A stretch of DNA of 64,000 nt, taken from the NCBI GenBank assembly GCA_037127815.1, contig JBAXXP010000001.1, forward strand, positions 104,174-168,173, in the 5' to 3' direction. The translations under genes were made by a program, and so were the position numbers. This DNA comes from a bacterium. GTDB taxonomy: Bacteria > Patescibacteriota > Minisyncoccia > Phycocordibacterales > CAIZLB01. Shown in pieces: positions 19,685-29,802 of this stretch; positions within the stretch are counted from its first letter, which is position 1; the number at the start of each line of letters is the position of its first letter. Under the pieces are notes generated by a model that saw only the letters and a program-made list of their open reading frames with translations, was not told the DNA's origin and did no database searches.

Positions 19685-21112
19685 TTATGGAGCAATCGGA
19701 GTTAAGTATTTTCTATAAATTGCTGTGGAGATGGGTATAACTGTTATGTACCAACAAAAGATAAATTGATTTGAGGTTTTTCCAATCTCAAGAATTGCTG
19801 AATCTAAACTCGAAACATACTTAACAACAAAGAGCATGTAGGAAAGAAAAATATGTGAAACAGGAGCGAATAACATACCGAGATCAACATTAATGAAACA
19901 AAGAACCCCCATGAAGAACACAGCAAGCATTGCAAAGGGAATAAGAGGTACCACAATAATATTAGCTAAAATTCCATATACAGATATTGATCCAGAGAAC
20001 TTTAATAATAAAGGAAGAGAAAATATTTGCACAGCAAAAGAAGAAGACACGATTTCTCTAAGTCCAAATCTGTCCGTTACAAAACTGAAGAAATGCTTTG
20101 ATGCATTACCTAGAAGTATAAGTCCTAAAGTACAAGCAAAACTTAATTGAAAAGAAGGATCTCCAATAATAATTAATGGGTTCTGGATTATCATCAAGAC
20201 TCCAGCTGCAAGTACAGCCTCTAGGGCACTATAATTTAGATCAAAGACTCTAGAAAAAATTCCTATCAAGGACATTATCAAGGACCTAATAACTGTAGCT
20301 CCACCACCAACCATTATGCAAAACAATATAGTTCCGATTGATCCTAAAATACCCGTTGCGAGTTTTGGTAAAAATGATAAAACTGAAATTATTACTTGCG
20401 ATACAATGGAGACATTGTATCCAGAAAGTACGACCATGTGAACAAGTCCTGATCTCTTAAAATCTTCTAATGTTTTTTTGGAAAGCTCACCTTTCCCAGT
20501 TATTAATATTCCGGAACCAAGTGCAGACTCCTCTCTGTTACCTAATGAAAGTTTAATCTTCTCTACAAAAGAATTTTTAAAATTACACAGAAAACTCTCT
20601 AATTTATATCTAGGGTCTAGTCCATAACTCTTAGTAATTTTTGCATTTACTATTTCAAATTGTACACCTCGTGCCAGAAGAAAAATATCAGAATCAAAAT
20701 CCTCCGTTACCTTCGGCAGACTCAGTGTTCCTGTGAATTTTATTTTATGACCCAAGCTACAATCTGTGCAATTCGTGATTATTCTTATCTTGTCTTTTCT
20801 GTAGGCTGGATCAAAATACCTTCTAATGTTTAGAATACTAAAAACGCCTTGAGTCCAATTATTTTTACTTTCCCTTTCAGGCGCCTTAATCTCAACAACA
20901 AGACTTTTCTTGAACCCAAAATTATCAGGTTCCTCTGCTATAACACCGATCAGTTGAACTTCCTTGTTTACCCTCTCCATCATGAACAAAGATCTTGATG
21001 TCACAAAAAAATATCTAAAGTAAATTAATATACAAAATATAATTAGTACAACTAACCAAATTGTTATGATTTTGGATTTACTTCTTTTCTTGTAATACCA
21101 ATCTGAGTTCAT
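19685..21112 (-). CDS. comEC: ComEC/Rec2 competence protein, N-terminal OB (DUF4131-like) plus polytopic competence channel domain, lacking MBL domain
   Basis: 475 aa; N-terminal TM anchor, soluble domain then 8 or more TM helices typical of the Competence domain. Confidence 0.75.
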   Translation of the reverse strand: MNSDWYYKKRSKSKIITIWLVVLIIFCILIYFRYFFVTSRSLFMMERVNKEVQLIGVIAEEPDNFGFKKSLVVEIKAPERESKNNWTQGVFSILNIRRYFDPAYRKDKIRIITNCTDCSLGHKIKFTGTLSLPKVTEDFDSDIFLLARGVQFEIVNAKITKSYGLDPRYKLESFLCNFKNSFVEKIKLSLGNREESALGSGILITGKGELSKKTLEDFKRSGLVHMVVLSGYNVSIVSQVIISVLSFLPKLATGILGSIGTILFCIMVGGGATVIRSLIMSLIGIFSRVFDLNYSALEAVLAAGVLMIIQNPLIIIGDPSFQLSFACTLGLILLGNASKHFFSFVTDRFGLREIVSSSFAVQIFSLPLLLKFSGSISVYGILANIIVVPLIPFAMLAVFFMGVLCFINVDLGMLFAPVSHIFLSYMLFVVKYVSSLDSAILEIGKTSNQFIFCWYITVIPISTAIYRKYLTPIAP

Positions 21113-21165
21113 CTATGGATTATAGATAATGAAGATGAGTTTTCTATAAATATTTTCTAAAGAAA

Positions 21166-21195
21166 AAGCCTAGAAATTATAAATTTCTAGGCTTT
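21166..21195 (-). terminator. Rho-independent terminator after rnhA (AAGCCTAGAAATT-ATAAA-TTTCTAGGCTT)
   Basis: perfect 13-bp inverted repeat with flanking A/T runs. Confidence 0.55.
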
Positions 21196-21226
21196 TTAAA
21201 ATTTTATATTTTCACCTCTACCACCA

Positions 21227-22027
21227 CTATCGTGACATAAAATCTTTTGTTATCTTTTCTTGATCAGCTAGTGATACAGCTTTTTTAAACAGAACCCCTT
21301 TTTGTCCTTTAACTTTTTTCTCACAATCTGCCCAACTTTTGTCATAGCTTATAACCCCTCCGACTTTACTAACATAAGAATACGCTTTAGCAGAACTTGA
21401 AGAACTTTTGGACGCTCCATTTTTTTTCTTATCGTCTTTAGCTTCTTTAATTAAATCGGGATTATAAAAAACATCCAAAATTTTTAAGTCTGTATAATCA
21501 GATAATTTCCCATTAAATAACTCTGGTTTTATATCATCAGCAAAACCTGTTGCAATTTGATCACAGATTTCATTACCCTCAACACCGGCATGACCCGGCA
21601 AAAGTATCCAATCAATTTTTTTACCCTTAATTAATTCTGACATTGATTCCCATAAATCCTGATTTTTTACAACATCACCAGATGCAGTTTTCCAGCCATT
21701 TTTTGCCCATCCAAAAACCCACGCAGTTGATCCATTTACAACATATTTTGAGTCTGTATAAATATGAAAAATTGAAGATCCTTCAATTTTAGATTTCTCA
21801 TAGTACTTTAGTCCAGAAATAACGGCCTCCAACTCCATTCTATTATTTGTAGTCACAACCTCCCTCCCCCCTAACTCTTTAACATGCAATCTGTCAAAAT
21901 TACCAGATTCTTTTTTGTCAGAAAAACTACTTGATTCTCCAGTTACTACGATTGCTCCATAACCACCCCTTCCTGGATTTCCTCTGGAAGCTCCATCTGA
22001 AAATATTAAAACTGTGTTTTTTGACAT
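21227..22027 (-). CDS. rnhA: Ribonuclease HI with C-terminal hybrid-binding (Cauli_VI-like) domain
   Basis: DGASRGNPGRGGYG, TNNRMEL, YTDSKYV, GHAGVEGNE catalytic motifs; C-terminal AYSYVSKVGGVISYDKSWADCEKKVKGQKGVLFKKAVSLADQEKITKDF matches the RNase H1 HBD pattern. Confidence 0.85.
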   Translation of the reverse strand: MSKNTVLIFSDGASRGNPGRGGYGAIVVTGESSSFSDKKESGNFDRLHVKELGGREVVTTNNRMELEAVISGLKYYEKSKIEGSSIFHIYTDSKYVVNGSTAWVFGWAKNGWKTASGDVVKNQDLWESMSELIKGKKIDWILLPGHAGVEGNEICDQIATGFADDIKPELFNGKLSDYTDLKILDVFYNPDLIKEAKDDKKKNGASKSSSSSAKAYSYVSKVGGVISYDKSWADCEKKVKGQKGVLFKKAVSLADQEKITKDFMSR

Positions 22028-22032
22028 ATAAC

Positions 22033-23799
22033 TTAGATTATATCAACAATTCTGATTCTTAGCACAGCAGGAAATGAGAAAGTGGATTTCTCTAAATTAC
22101 CCAGGACGGTTCTTCTGACAGGGTTCCCTTTTTTGATTTCTTCATCAATTTCTTCAAAAATAGCCGTGTCTGCAAAAAACTGAATAGCCTTAAGTTTACC
22201 AAAAGTCATCTCCATATGCTCACCTTTCTTACCAAACATCTTAATGCCGTCAATTTTTATGTCTTTAAATACAAACAAGGGCTTCGCATTACCTTCACCA
22301 AATGGCATCATTTTTTCTAATTCGCTCCACATTTTCCAAGTAACCTGTTCTGGTAGCAGGATAGCATCAGCAGTATATTTTTGAACCTTTGACTCTTCTG
22401 AACTTATTCCGTAAAGCGCCTTAAAGCTTTCCTTAATTCTGTCTCTAAATTCATGTATACAATCATCATTTATTGAATAACCTCCAGCAAAGGAGTGCCC
22501 ACCTGCATTTATAAACAATTTTGGGTGTTTTTCCTGAATATCACGCATTATCGAGACAACATCACAGAAACCATCTGATCTACAAGACCCCTTAATCATA
22601 CCTTCGCCTCTTCCCCACAGAAAAACTGGTACCCCATAGTCTTTTACAAGGGTTGTGGAAACTAAACCAAGCAGTGTAGGGCTCCAATCAGGGTTTCCTA
22701 CAACCATAATGTCATCACCATCCAATTTCAGCTCTTTTATCAATTTATGAATGTCCTTACTCATCTTTGCAACTACTACCTTTCTCTCGTCATTGATAGA
22801 ATTCAAGTGTTTCACCATACTTTCAGCCTCAGAAGCATCTGTTGTAGATAAAAGAAGAAAAGCATCCCTTGGATCAGCCATTCTTGATGCAGCATTGATT
22901 CTAGGTGTAATCAGAAAGGTTATATCCTCCTCTACCAGGTCCTTTTGAGACATCTTTAGAGCTCTAAATAGCTTAATAAGGCCAAGTCTTTGGGTTTTTC
23001 TCAGAACCATTAGACCAAATCTGGCAAAAACCCTGTTTTCATTAATCAAAGGCACCATATCAGACAATGTTGCTATACCAACCATGTCCAATAGCCATTT
23101 TTCCCAACCTTCCTTGATATCAAACTTGCTTTCATGGGCTTTATCGTAAGAAATTAAGGCTTGAACGATTTTATAGGCAACCCCAGCTCCACATAGCATC
23201 TTGTCTGGGTATGCGCAATCCAGCCTTTTTGGGTCGACAACGGCACAGGCTGGGGGTAATTCCTTATCTGGCAAGTGGTGATCTGTAATTATAACGTCAA
23301 TTCCAAGCTCATTAGCTCTTTTTACAGTCTCAACATCTGTTATTCCACAGTCTACAGTTATAACAAGCATCCCTTTATGATTAACATCAGCCTTATTCTC
23401 TATCGCTAGAGCTTCAATTACATGCAAGTGAAACCCAAAACCCTCTTTGTGCCTGTGAGGGATGTAATTTACAAAATTAGTGTATGAAACCTTCTTAAAG
23501 AAATCATGCAACACAACAGAAGCGGGGATACCATCGGCATCAAAATCACCATAGATAACAATTTTTTCATTATTATTCATAGCTTTATTGATTCTTATAA
23601 CAGCCTTCTCCATATCCATCATCAAAAATGGATCATGTATGTGATTATCATAGTCTGGATTAAGAAATGCTTCCCTTTCGTCCGGTTTCACACCTCTGGC
23701 ATTCAACAAATGATCAAGCATTGTATTGCCAGACCATTCTCTGACCTCATAATTCTTAATTTTTTTAGTTTTTTTATCTTTAGATCTTTTCAATATCAT
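22033..23799 (-). CDS. recJ: Single-stranded-DNA-specific exonuclease RecJ
   Basis: DHH motifs (GDFDADG, ITDHH) and DHHA1 GGH..AGG; ORF extends to 23862 but MILKR start avoids overlapping HIT gene. Confidence 0.85.
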   Translation of the reverse strand: MILKRSKDKKTKKIKNYEVREWSGNTMLDHLLNARGVKPDEREAFLNPDYDNHIHDPFLMMDMEKAVIRINKAMNNNEKIVIYGDFDADGIPASVVLHDFFKKVSYTNFVNYIPHRHKEGFGFHLHVIEALAIENKADVNHKGMLVITVDCGITDVETVKRANELGIDVIITDHHLPDKELPPACAVVDPKRLDCAYPDKMLCGAGVAYKIVQALISYDKAHESKFDIKEGWEKWLLDMVGIATLSDMVPLINENRVFARFGLMVLRKTQRLGLIKLFRALKMSQKDLVEEDITFLITPRINAASRMADPRDAFLLLSTTDASEAESMVKHLNSINDERKVVVAKMSKDIHKLIKELKLDGDDIMVVGNPDWSPTLLGLVSTTLVKDYGVPVFLWGRGEGMIKGSCRSDGFCDVVSIMRDIQEKHPKLFINAGGHSFAGGYSINDDCIHEFRDRIKESFKALYGISSEESKVQKYTADAILLPEQVTWKMWSELEKMMPFGEGNAKPLFVFKDIKIDGIKMFGKKGEHMEMTFGKLKAIQFFADTAIFEEIDEEIKKGNPVRRTVLGNLEKSTFSFPAVLRIRIVDII

Positions 23800-23822
23800 G
23801 ATTCTAGCATAAAATAGACAAC

Positions 23823-24281
23823 ATGACTGACTCAAACAACGACAATACATTTCAGGACACAAATAATAACCATAATGAAGACTGCGTATTCTGCAAAATT
23901 ATAGATGGAACAATACCTGCTTATAAGGTATATGAGGATAGTGAAACACTTGCGTTCCTAAACATACAACCCAATAACTATGGTCAAACATTGGTTATTC
24001 CAAAGGATCACACAGAAAATATATATACAATATCTGATGAATTACTTTGCAGAGTGATGTTAAGTGCCAAAAAGGTGGCTATTGCCATAAGAAATGGTAC
24101 CGATGTAGATGGAGTAAATATAATAATAAATAATGAAGTTGCTGCAGGGCAAGCTATAAACCACCTTCATGTGCATGTTATACCAAGAATAAATGATGAT
24201 GGATTCAAAAACTGGGAACCAAAGGAATACAAGGAGGGCGACATGAAGGTTTATCAGGACAAGATTGTAGCAGAACTTTAA
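23823..24281 (+). CDS. HIT-family hydrolase (histidine triad HLHVHVIP)
   Basis: 152 aa; CVFCKII...HxHxHxx motif; Asn-rich N-terminal tail. Confidence 0.85.
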   Translation: MTDSNNDNTFQDTNNNHNEDCVFCKIIDGTIPAYKVYEDSETLAFLNIQPNNYGQTLVIPKDHTENIYTISDELLCRVMLSAKKVAIAIRNGTDVDGVNIIINNEVAAGQAINHLHVHVIPRINDDGFKNWEPKEYKEGDMKVYQDKIVAEL

Positions 24282-24291
24282 TCCCAGTATT

Positions 24292-24822
24292 CTATCTGAC
24301 AACAAAACCTATTGGTTCTTTAGGTGTTTCTTTTTCTGTGATAATCAACCTTATAATTCTAAATATCTCTTTAAAATCAGCCTCGTTGTTTAATTCCATT
24401 TCTTCAACTTTTTGCTTGAGGTCCTTGTAATCGTCTACCATCTCACGAAGTCTCGTAAAAACTCTCATAATTTGAATATTTACTTGAATAGCAAGCTTGC
24501 TATTCAGTACGCCAGAAAGCATAGCTACCCCTTGTTCTGTAAATGCCAAAGGAGGTTTTCTTAGGCTTTTTTTAAGGCTGGGATTGGATATCACATTTTG
24601 TGATATCCAATTGTCTGTTTCTTCTCGCGTAAGCTCGAACATAAAATCATTTGGAAATCTATCTAAATTTCTTTTTACAGACTGATTCAAACGCATTGTT
24701 TGCACCTCATATAATATTGCCAAATCTCTATCCAACATCACCTTCTGTCCTCTAATAATATAAATATTATCTTTTATGAGACTAATGTTTAATGAAACTT
24801 CTTCTATCTGTTTTTCTTTCAT
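24292..24822 (-). CDS. ORF6N-domain protein (KilA-N-like, phage antirepressor-related DNA-binding domain)
   Basis: IYIIRGQKVMLDRDLAILYEVQTMRLNQSVKRNLDRFPNDFMFELTREE ... LAFTEQGVAMLSGVLNS signature. Confidence 0.75.
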   Translation of the reverse strand: MKEKQIEEVSLNISLIKDNIYIIRGQKVMLDRDLAILYEVQTMRLNQSVKRNLDRFPNDFMFELTREETDNWISQNVISNPSLKKSLRKPPLAFTEQGVAMLSGVLNSKLAIQVNIQIMRVFTRLREMVDDYKDLKQKVEEMELNNEADFKEIFRIIRLIITEKETPKEPIGFVVR

Positions 24823-24891
24823 AAGGAAGAATATAACAAATAGACATGAAGTTTCTATAAAGAAATTCTAAAGAAAAACAGTAGAGCTTAC

Positions 24892-26127
24892 TTATCTCAA
24901 TGCCTCTATACCCGGCAGAGTCTCATTTACTAAGAAATCAATCATAGCCCCTCCCCCAGTTGATACAAAAATATTATTGTGACTCTTGGCCGCACCACTT
25001 ACACCATTAGTATTTTCTGGCAACTCGTCCAACCCAAGTGATTTTACAGCAGCAACAGTGTCACCTCCTCCAATTGCGCCCTTAACACCACTTTCAATTA
25101 AAAGTTTTGCAAGAGCAATTGTTTGATCGGTGAAACCATTTTCATAATTACCAAGAGGACCATTCCATAGAACAAATTTTGCTGAAGTGATTAGTGGCTT
25201 AATTACATCCATAAGGGACGCGCCTGCATCTACAATAATATCGTTATCAGATACCTCTCCTATTTTTTTAGCAGAAACTTTTTTGATATCATCAAAATCA
25301 TGCACAACAACATCATTTCCGATAATTAATTTTGGATTAGAGACAACATCAGAGATATCTACTGAACCGTCTGAGACTAATGACCTACCAACATTAAATC
25401 CACGAGCTTTATAAACATCGTTAACTAATGCTCCACCCAAAACAACAGAATCTGCCTTATCCAAATATTTTTTAATCAAAGGTAATTTTGTATCAAACTT
25501 AGCACCACCTAAAATAAAAACAAAAGGATGAGGAGGGTCAATTGCTTCACTCAATGAAGTTATTTCCTTCATTAATTGAATACCAGCAAAGTGTGACAAA
25601 AATCTTGGAACTCCAATAACTGATGCATGCTTTCTGTGAGAAACAGCAAAAGCATCATTTACATAATAATCAGCATAACTCGCAAGTTCTTTTGAAAAAA
25701 CTTCATCATTACTTTTTTCACCTTCATTCACCCTAAGATTCTGAAGAAGAATAATTTCACCATCCACCATGGAATCAATAGTCTTTTTTACATTTTCTCC
25801 AACAACCTCACTAATATACCTAACGTTAAGATCAAGTGAGTCATTAAAGTGTTTAGCTACAATTTCCATTCCAGATCCATCCTTTGTTTCTATATGTGAA
25901 ATCAAAACAACTTTTGCACCGCTGTTTTTCAAAAGATTTACAGTAGGAAGAATAGCTCTCATTCTTAGATCTTCAACTATTATTCCATCGATAATTGGAA
26001 CATTAAAATCAACTCTTACCAGGAAGGTTTTAGATCTAATTTTATCGATAGTATCATCATTATTTTTTACAAATTCCTCAATTCCAATTATCCCTTTTGT
26101 GATTTCCGTTAAATTTTTATCTGACAT
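24892..26127 (-). CDS. pgk: Phosphoglycerate kinase
   Basis: 411 aa; VRVDFNVP, hinge and C-terminal nucleotide-binding motifs. Confidence 0.95.
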   Translation of the reverse strand: MSDKNLTEITKGIIGIEEFVKNNDDTIDKIRSKTFLVRVDFNVPIIDGIIVEDLRMRAILPTVNLLKNSGAKVVLISHIETKDGSGMEIVAKHFNDSLDLNVRYISEVVGENVKKTIDSMVDGEIILLQNLRVNEGEKSNDEVFSKELASYADYYVNDAFAVSHRKHASVIGVPRFLSHFAGIQLMKEITSLSEAIDPPHPFVFILGGAKFDTKLPLIKKYLDKADSVVLGGALVNDVYKARGFNVGRSLVSDGSVDISDVVSNPKLIIGNDVVVHDFDDIKKVSAKKIGEVSDNDIIVDAGASLMDVIKPLITSAKFVLWNGPLGNYENGFTDQTIALAKLLIESGVKGAIGGGDTVAAVKSLGLDELPENTNGVSGAAKSHNNIFVSTGGGAMIDFLVNETLPGIEALR

Positions 26128-26128
26128 T

Positions 26129-26941
26129 TTATTTTTTCTTTTTTAATTTTATTTTAGGCTTCTTTTTTTCAATATTAAGTGATTGGCAAATACTTTTAAG
26201 ACCCTCTGGTTGCCACCCTGCGCGCCCCACAAGAAGCCCATCAACATCTCCATTGTGAACCAGGTCTTGCGCATTATCAGGAGTCACAGAACCTCCATAG
26301 ACAATTTTAACGATACTTGCAATACTTTCTCCCCAATTGTCTTTTAAATATTTTCTGATTAAAATTACAATCTGGTGAATTTCATGTGCTGTTATTGCTA
26401 TATTCTGTGAATTATTTACAGCCCATAGTGGTTCATATGCAATAACTAAATTAGCAAACTGCTGACGTGATGTATAAATAAGAACTTCCTTAAGTTGATT
26501 TTTAATAACAGTTAAATATTCTGCGTCATTATCTCTTTCTGCCTCGCCTACACAAACAATGCCAATCATTCCAGCAGCAAGAACTTTTTGCAACTTTTGA
26601 GCTATAAGAGAAGTATCTTCACCTATCGCGCGTCTTTCAGAATGACCAACTATTATATGAGAAACACCTGCGCTTTTAAGCATTACCGCGGAAATCTCTC
26701 CAGTATGGGCACCTGATTCAAATTTGGATATGTCTTGTGCGCCAATTTTTATCTTACCTTTTGGTCCACCAGCCATTTGGGATAATGTCGCAATAAATGG
26801 AAAAGGTGGGCAAATAATAGTCTCCGTCATCTTCAACTTGTCTACACCCCTTTTGATTACAGCCATCTTAGCCTTAGCTTCAACTAAGGTATTTGGCGTC
26901 ATTTTCCAGTTTGCAATTACTAAGATCTTTTTTGGCTTCAT
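26129..26941 (-). CDS. tpiA: Triosephosphate isomerase (poly-Lys C-terminal tail)
   Basis: NWKM, GHSERR, catalytic E and YGGS motifs. Confidence 0.9.
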   Translation of the reverse strand: MKPKKILVIANWKMTPNTLVEAKAKMAVIKRGVDKLKMTETIICPPFPFIATLSQMAGGPKGKIKIGAQDISKFESGAHTGEISAVMLKSAGVSHIIVGHSERRAIGEDTSLIAQKLQKVLAAGMIGIVCVGEAERDNDAEYLTVIKNQLKEVLIYTSRQQFANLVIAYEPLWAVNNSQNIAITAHEIHQIVILIRKYLKDNWGESIASIVKIVYGGSVTPDNAQDLVHNGDVDGLLVGRAGWQPEGLKSICQSLNIEKKKPKIKLKKKK

Positions 26942-27042
26942 ATATTTAAAATTATACCAAAAAAAATAAAGTTATACACAAAATAGTAGTGGAAAACATG
27001 TTGTAATATTGAATACGCAAGCAAAAAACTTTTGAGTCTTAT

Positions 27043-28203
27043 CTACTCTATCTCTTTTAGACTGTTTATACCCCAAATAGTAGAAGTACTTGAATTAAAG
27101 TTTATATTTACTAAATATGGATCATAGGTAATACTTGAAGAATTAGCCATACTTAAATGATTAGCGAAAACAGCCTTTGTGTTTGAAGTATTCGATAAGT
27201 AAATAGCGCCGTATGGAGCAACAAGAAAGGCACTGGCTAGAGCAGAGTTACTTATACTTATAGCCGGGTCACCACCAGTACAATCAATATTGGTGCAACC
27301 GTTTGTACTTTCAGATACTAATATAATATTACTTCCCAAAGTTCCGCTTCCGCCTAAATATGCGGAGTTTTTCATTATAATTGTTCCTCCAACTACTATA
27401 GTTTCTGATTTTGATCCATAACTAGGACTAAGTTGAACTGTGGAGGTGTTATCAAGCTCTACATTGCCTGTTACATAAAGTGGCCCCCCAAGTGTTAAAA
27501 CACTACTTTGATCCAGTTTAAGATTACCAATAATTTTAGCCGCACCAATTGTTGATGTCGCCTTACCGTTTAAATCCAAACCTCCATTAATAATAATTCC
27601 TGAGCTAGCCTGATTCTTCCATCCATTTATGTCACTGTCTGATATTGGCATATTTACGGAGTTGGTGGAGGTTGAAAGGGTTCCTGTTATCAGGGACGTA
27701 TTTAGCAGCAAACTGCCATCTAATGAAAAAACATCACCATGTATTACAGAACTATTATCCATTCTAAGACCACCAGACGAAAGCCATGCTCCATAATTAA
27801 ATGAAATATCCTTGTTTGAACTTAAAATAGTTTTTGTCTTTCTGGCAAACAAACTGTATGCACTACTTGAAATGACTTCTTTTGTACTTGAATTAACATC
27901 AGCAATTGAAATACCTGTATTACTATTCAAAATTGACAAACTAAGTACTGATGGAACAATCTTTCCTTTGTTTAATCGGTATAAAACTTCTTCATCTCCT
28001 GTTAATGAATTCAATAGGGACTGTTTTGATGTTAAGTAATCACTTGTATTTTTAACCTGGTCAGCAATAGGTAAAGATAACCCAAATAGAATAATTGTAG
28101 AAATTGCTAGTGTTAATATAACAGCAATTAAAACAGCTTGGCCAGACTCTCTATTTGGAGCTTTCTTTTTTTTATTCTTTGTTTTTAATATGCGATTACT
28201 CAT
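27043..28203 (-). CDS. Pilus-associated hypothetical protein (N-terminal TM, S/T/N-rich beta-rich ectodomain), last gene of the pilus operon
   Basis: 386 aa; context directly after pseudopilin genes. Confidence 0.45.
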   Translation of the reverse strand: MSNRILKTKNKKKKAPNRESGQAVLIAVILTLAISTIILFGLSLPIADQVKNTSDYLTSKQSLLNSLTGDEEVLYRLNKGKIVPSVLSLSILNSNTGISIADVNSSTKEVISSSAYSLFARKTKTILSSNKDISFNYGAWLSSGGLRMDNSSVIHGDVFSLDGSLLLNTSLITGTLSTSTNSVNMPISDSDINGWKNQASSGIIINGGLDLNGKATSTIGAAKIIGNLKLDQSSVLTLGGPLYVTGNVELDNTSTVQLSPSYGSKSETIVVGGTIIMKNSAYLGGSGTLGSNIILVSESTNGCTNIDCTGGDPAISISNSALASAFLVAPYGAIYLSNTSNTKAVFANHLSMANSSSITYDPYLVNINFNSSTSTIWGINSLKEIE

Positions 28204-28232
28204 TTTAGCTTATTTAATAATACAACAATTGT

Positions 28233-28766
28233 CTATCTTAATATATAGGAATTATAAAAATTCTCTGACAGATATTGATCGGAACTTGTTCCATTATCTA
28301 TCGTCATCTCAACCTTGAAACCATTAAATGTTGATGTAGACATGTTTCTAAAGGTAAGGTTTGTAACCCTTACATCAGACAGACTTAAAGGTCCTACATA
28401 AATATTATTTTGGTCAAGAAAAACCTGATTGTTTAATAAATAAATTTTTGTTGTAGTGGAATGTCCAGCACCATCATAAGCTATCAAGGAAATTGATCCA
28501 GTGGCATTATCAAATTTTGTATTCACAATGTCTATTGCAGAAGCACTATTCACCTGATTTTCAAAGGCAGCAACAACACCTACAGCACTCCTTTCTATAT
28601 CCCTAGAGCTTTTTGAAATTAGATATGTTCTTGAGGCTGAGTCAATCAAGCTCAGTAAGGTAAAAAGCAAAACGGTCATTAGACTTATGTATATAACAGT
28701 CTCCATCAAGGAAAAACCTGATTGTTTATTATTCATGTTTTTATTCATGTGATAGTTGGAATACAT
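28233..28766 (-). CDS. Pseudopilin / minor pilin with prepilin-type N-terminal motif (GFSLMETVIYISLM)
   Basis: class III signal-like G-F-S-L-M-E followed by hydrophobic helix. Confidence 0.65.
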   Translation of the reverse strand: MYSNYHMNKNMNNKQSGFSLMETVIYISLMTVLLFTLLSLIDSASRTYLISKSSRDIERSAVGVVAAFENQVNSASAIDIVNTKFDNATGSISLIAYDGAGHSTTTKIYLLNNQVFLDQNNIYVGPLSLSDVRVTNLTFRNMSTSTFNGFKVEMTIDNGTSSDQYLSENFYNSYILR

Positions 28767-28767
28767 T

Positions 28768-29316
28768 TTATTTATTATATATATTGTGAATATATGAAGT
28801 TAACGACCTTGTGGATGTTGCTCCATTTTCCTGCCACGAAACGCTTACAACATATCCTCTAGTGTCTGTATCCGGCACACCTCCCGAGTCTACAATATTA
28901 AAACTAGCAATATCTCTATTAATTGGTGTAAAAACTACAGTTCTGGTAAATTTATTATCTACCAGCGATATGGTTGTGGTAGCTTGCCAATTTTTATTAC
29001 TCTGATTCCAATATAATCCGTATAAAGTATTATTGCTTAACACTCCTATGTTTTGCCATGAGGCATTTCTCATACTATTAATTGCTGTAACGCCTTCTTC
29101 AGCAAGCATTCCAGCTTGAACTCTTTGTGTAGATCCAAAGCCCAACTTACTTATTCCTGTTTCTAGATTTATAATCAAAATTAAAGATAGACAAATTATA
29201 CTTGAGCCAATTAGTATTTCAGCAAGACTAAAACCTCTATTAAGGTTTGTATGACTAGTACAACTAGTCATATCATGCTTCTTTGATCTAAATTTTAATT
29301 GTTTTTTTAAAAACAT
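28768..29316 (-). CDS. Pseudopilin / minor pilin (RGFSLAEILIGSSII prepilin motif)
   Basis: prepilin-type N-terminal cleavage/methylation motif. Confidence 0.6.
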   Translation of the reverse strand: MFLKKQLKFRSKKHDMTSCTSHTNLNRGFSLAEILIGSSIICLSLILIINLETGISKLGFGSTQRVQAGMLAEEGVTAINSMRNASWQNIGVLSNNTLYGLYWNQSNKNWQATTTISLVDNKFTRTVVFTPINRDIASFNIVDSGGVPDTDTRGYVVSVSWQENGATSTRSLTSYIHNIYNK

Positions 29317-29328
29317 ACCTATTTTTTA

Positions 29329-29799
29329 TTACTTAGCTTCAATTATACCAGTTCCTGAAATTGTTATTGTTTTTGAATATGACGGTGTACCAACAACAAT
29401 AGTGCCGGTTGCATTTGGTGCTCCAGTAATCTTTGCAAAGTCTACTTCATTTTTATGTGACGAAAGATTCACACTTGAAATCTTTATATCAGTTTCCAAT
29501 TCGTATGTCAGTATGTTGTTTCCACCAGCTTTTGTAACGCCAGAAAACATAATTACAGTTGAGGATGAAAAAGATACCCCATAAGACGAATCATTTTTTC
29601 TATTAAGGGACATGTTTTTAGTCTTTTCTATTGTTGAAACGACTGAATCAACATCCTTTTCTATAGCCTTCTTTTCTCTAATATTAAAATAAACTTTTGC
29701 TGAAATACCGGAGATTATAGCGATCAAAGCAATAACAATAATCATTTCCATTAATGTAAAACCAATATTTTTAGTTGTTTTTTTATTTACAGTATCCAT
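29329..29799 (-). CDS. Type IV pilin (GFTLMEMIIVIALIAIISGI N-terminus)
   Basis: canonical prepilin leader plus hydrophobic alpha1 helix, 156 aa. Confidence 0.7.
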   Translation of the reverse strand: MDTVNKKTTKNIGFTLMEMIIVIALIAIISGISAKVYFNIREKKAIEKDVDSVVSTIEKTKNMSLNRKNDSSYGVSFSSSTVIMFSGVTKAGGNNILTYELETDIKISSVNLSSHKNEVDFAKITGAPNATGTIVVGTPSYSKTITISGTGIIEAK

Positions 29800-29802
29800 A
29801 GT

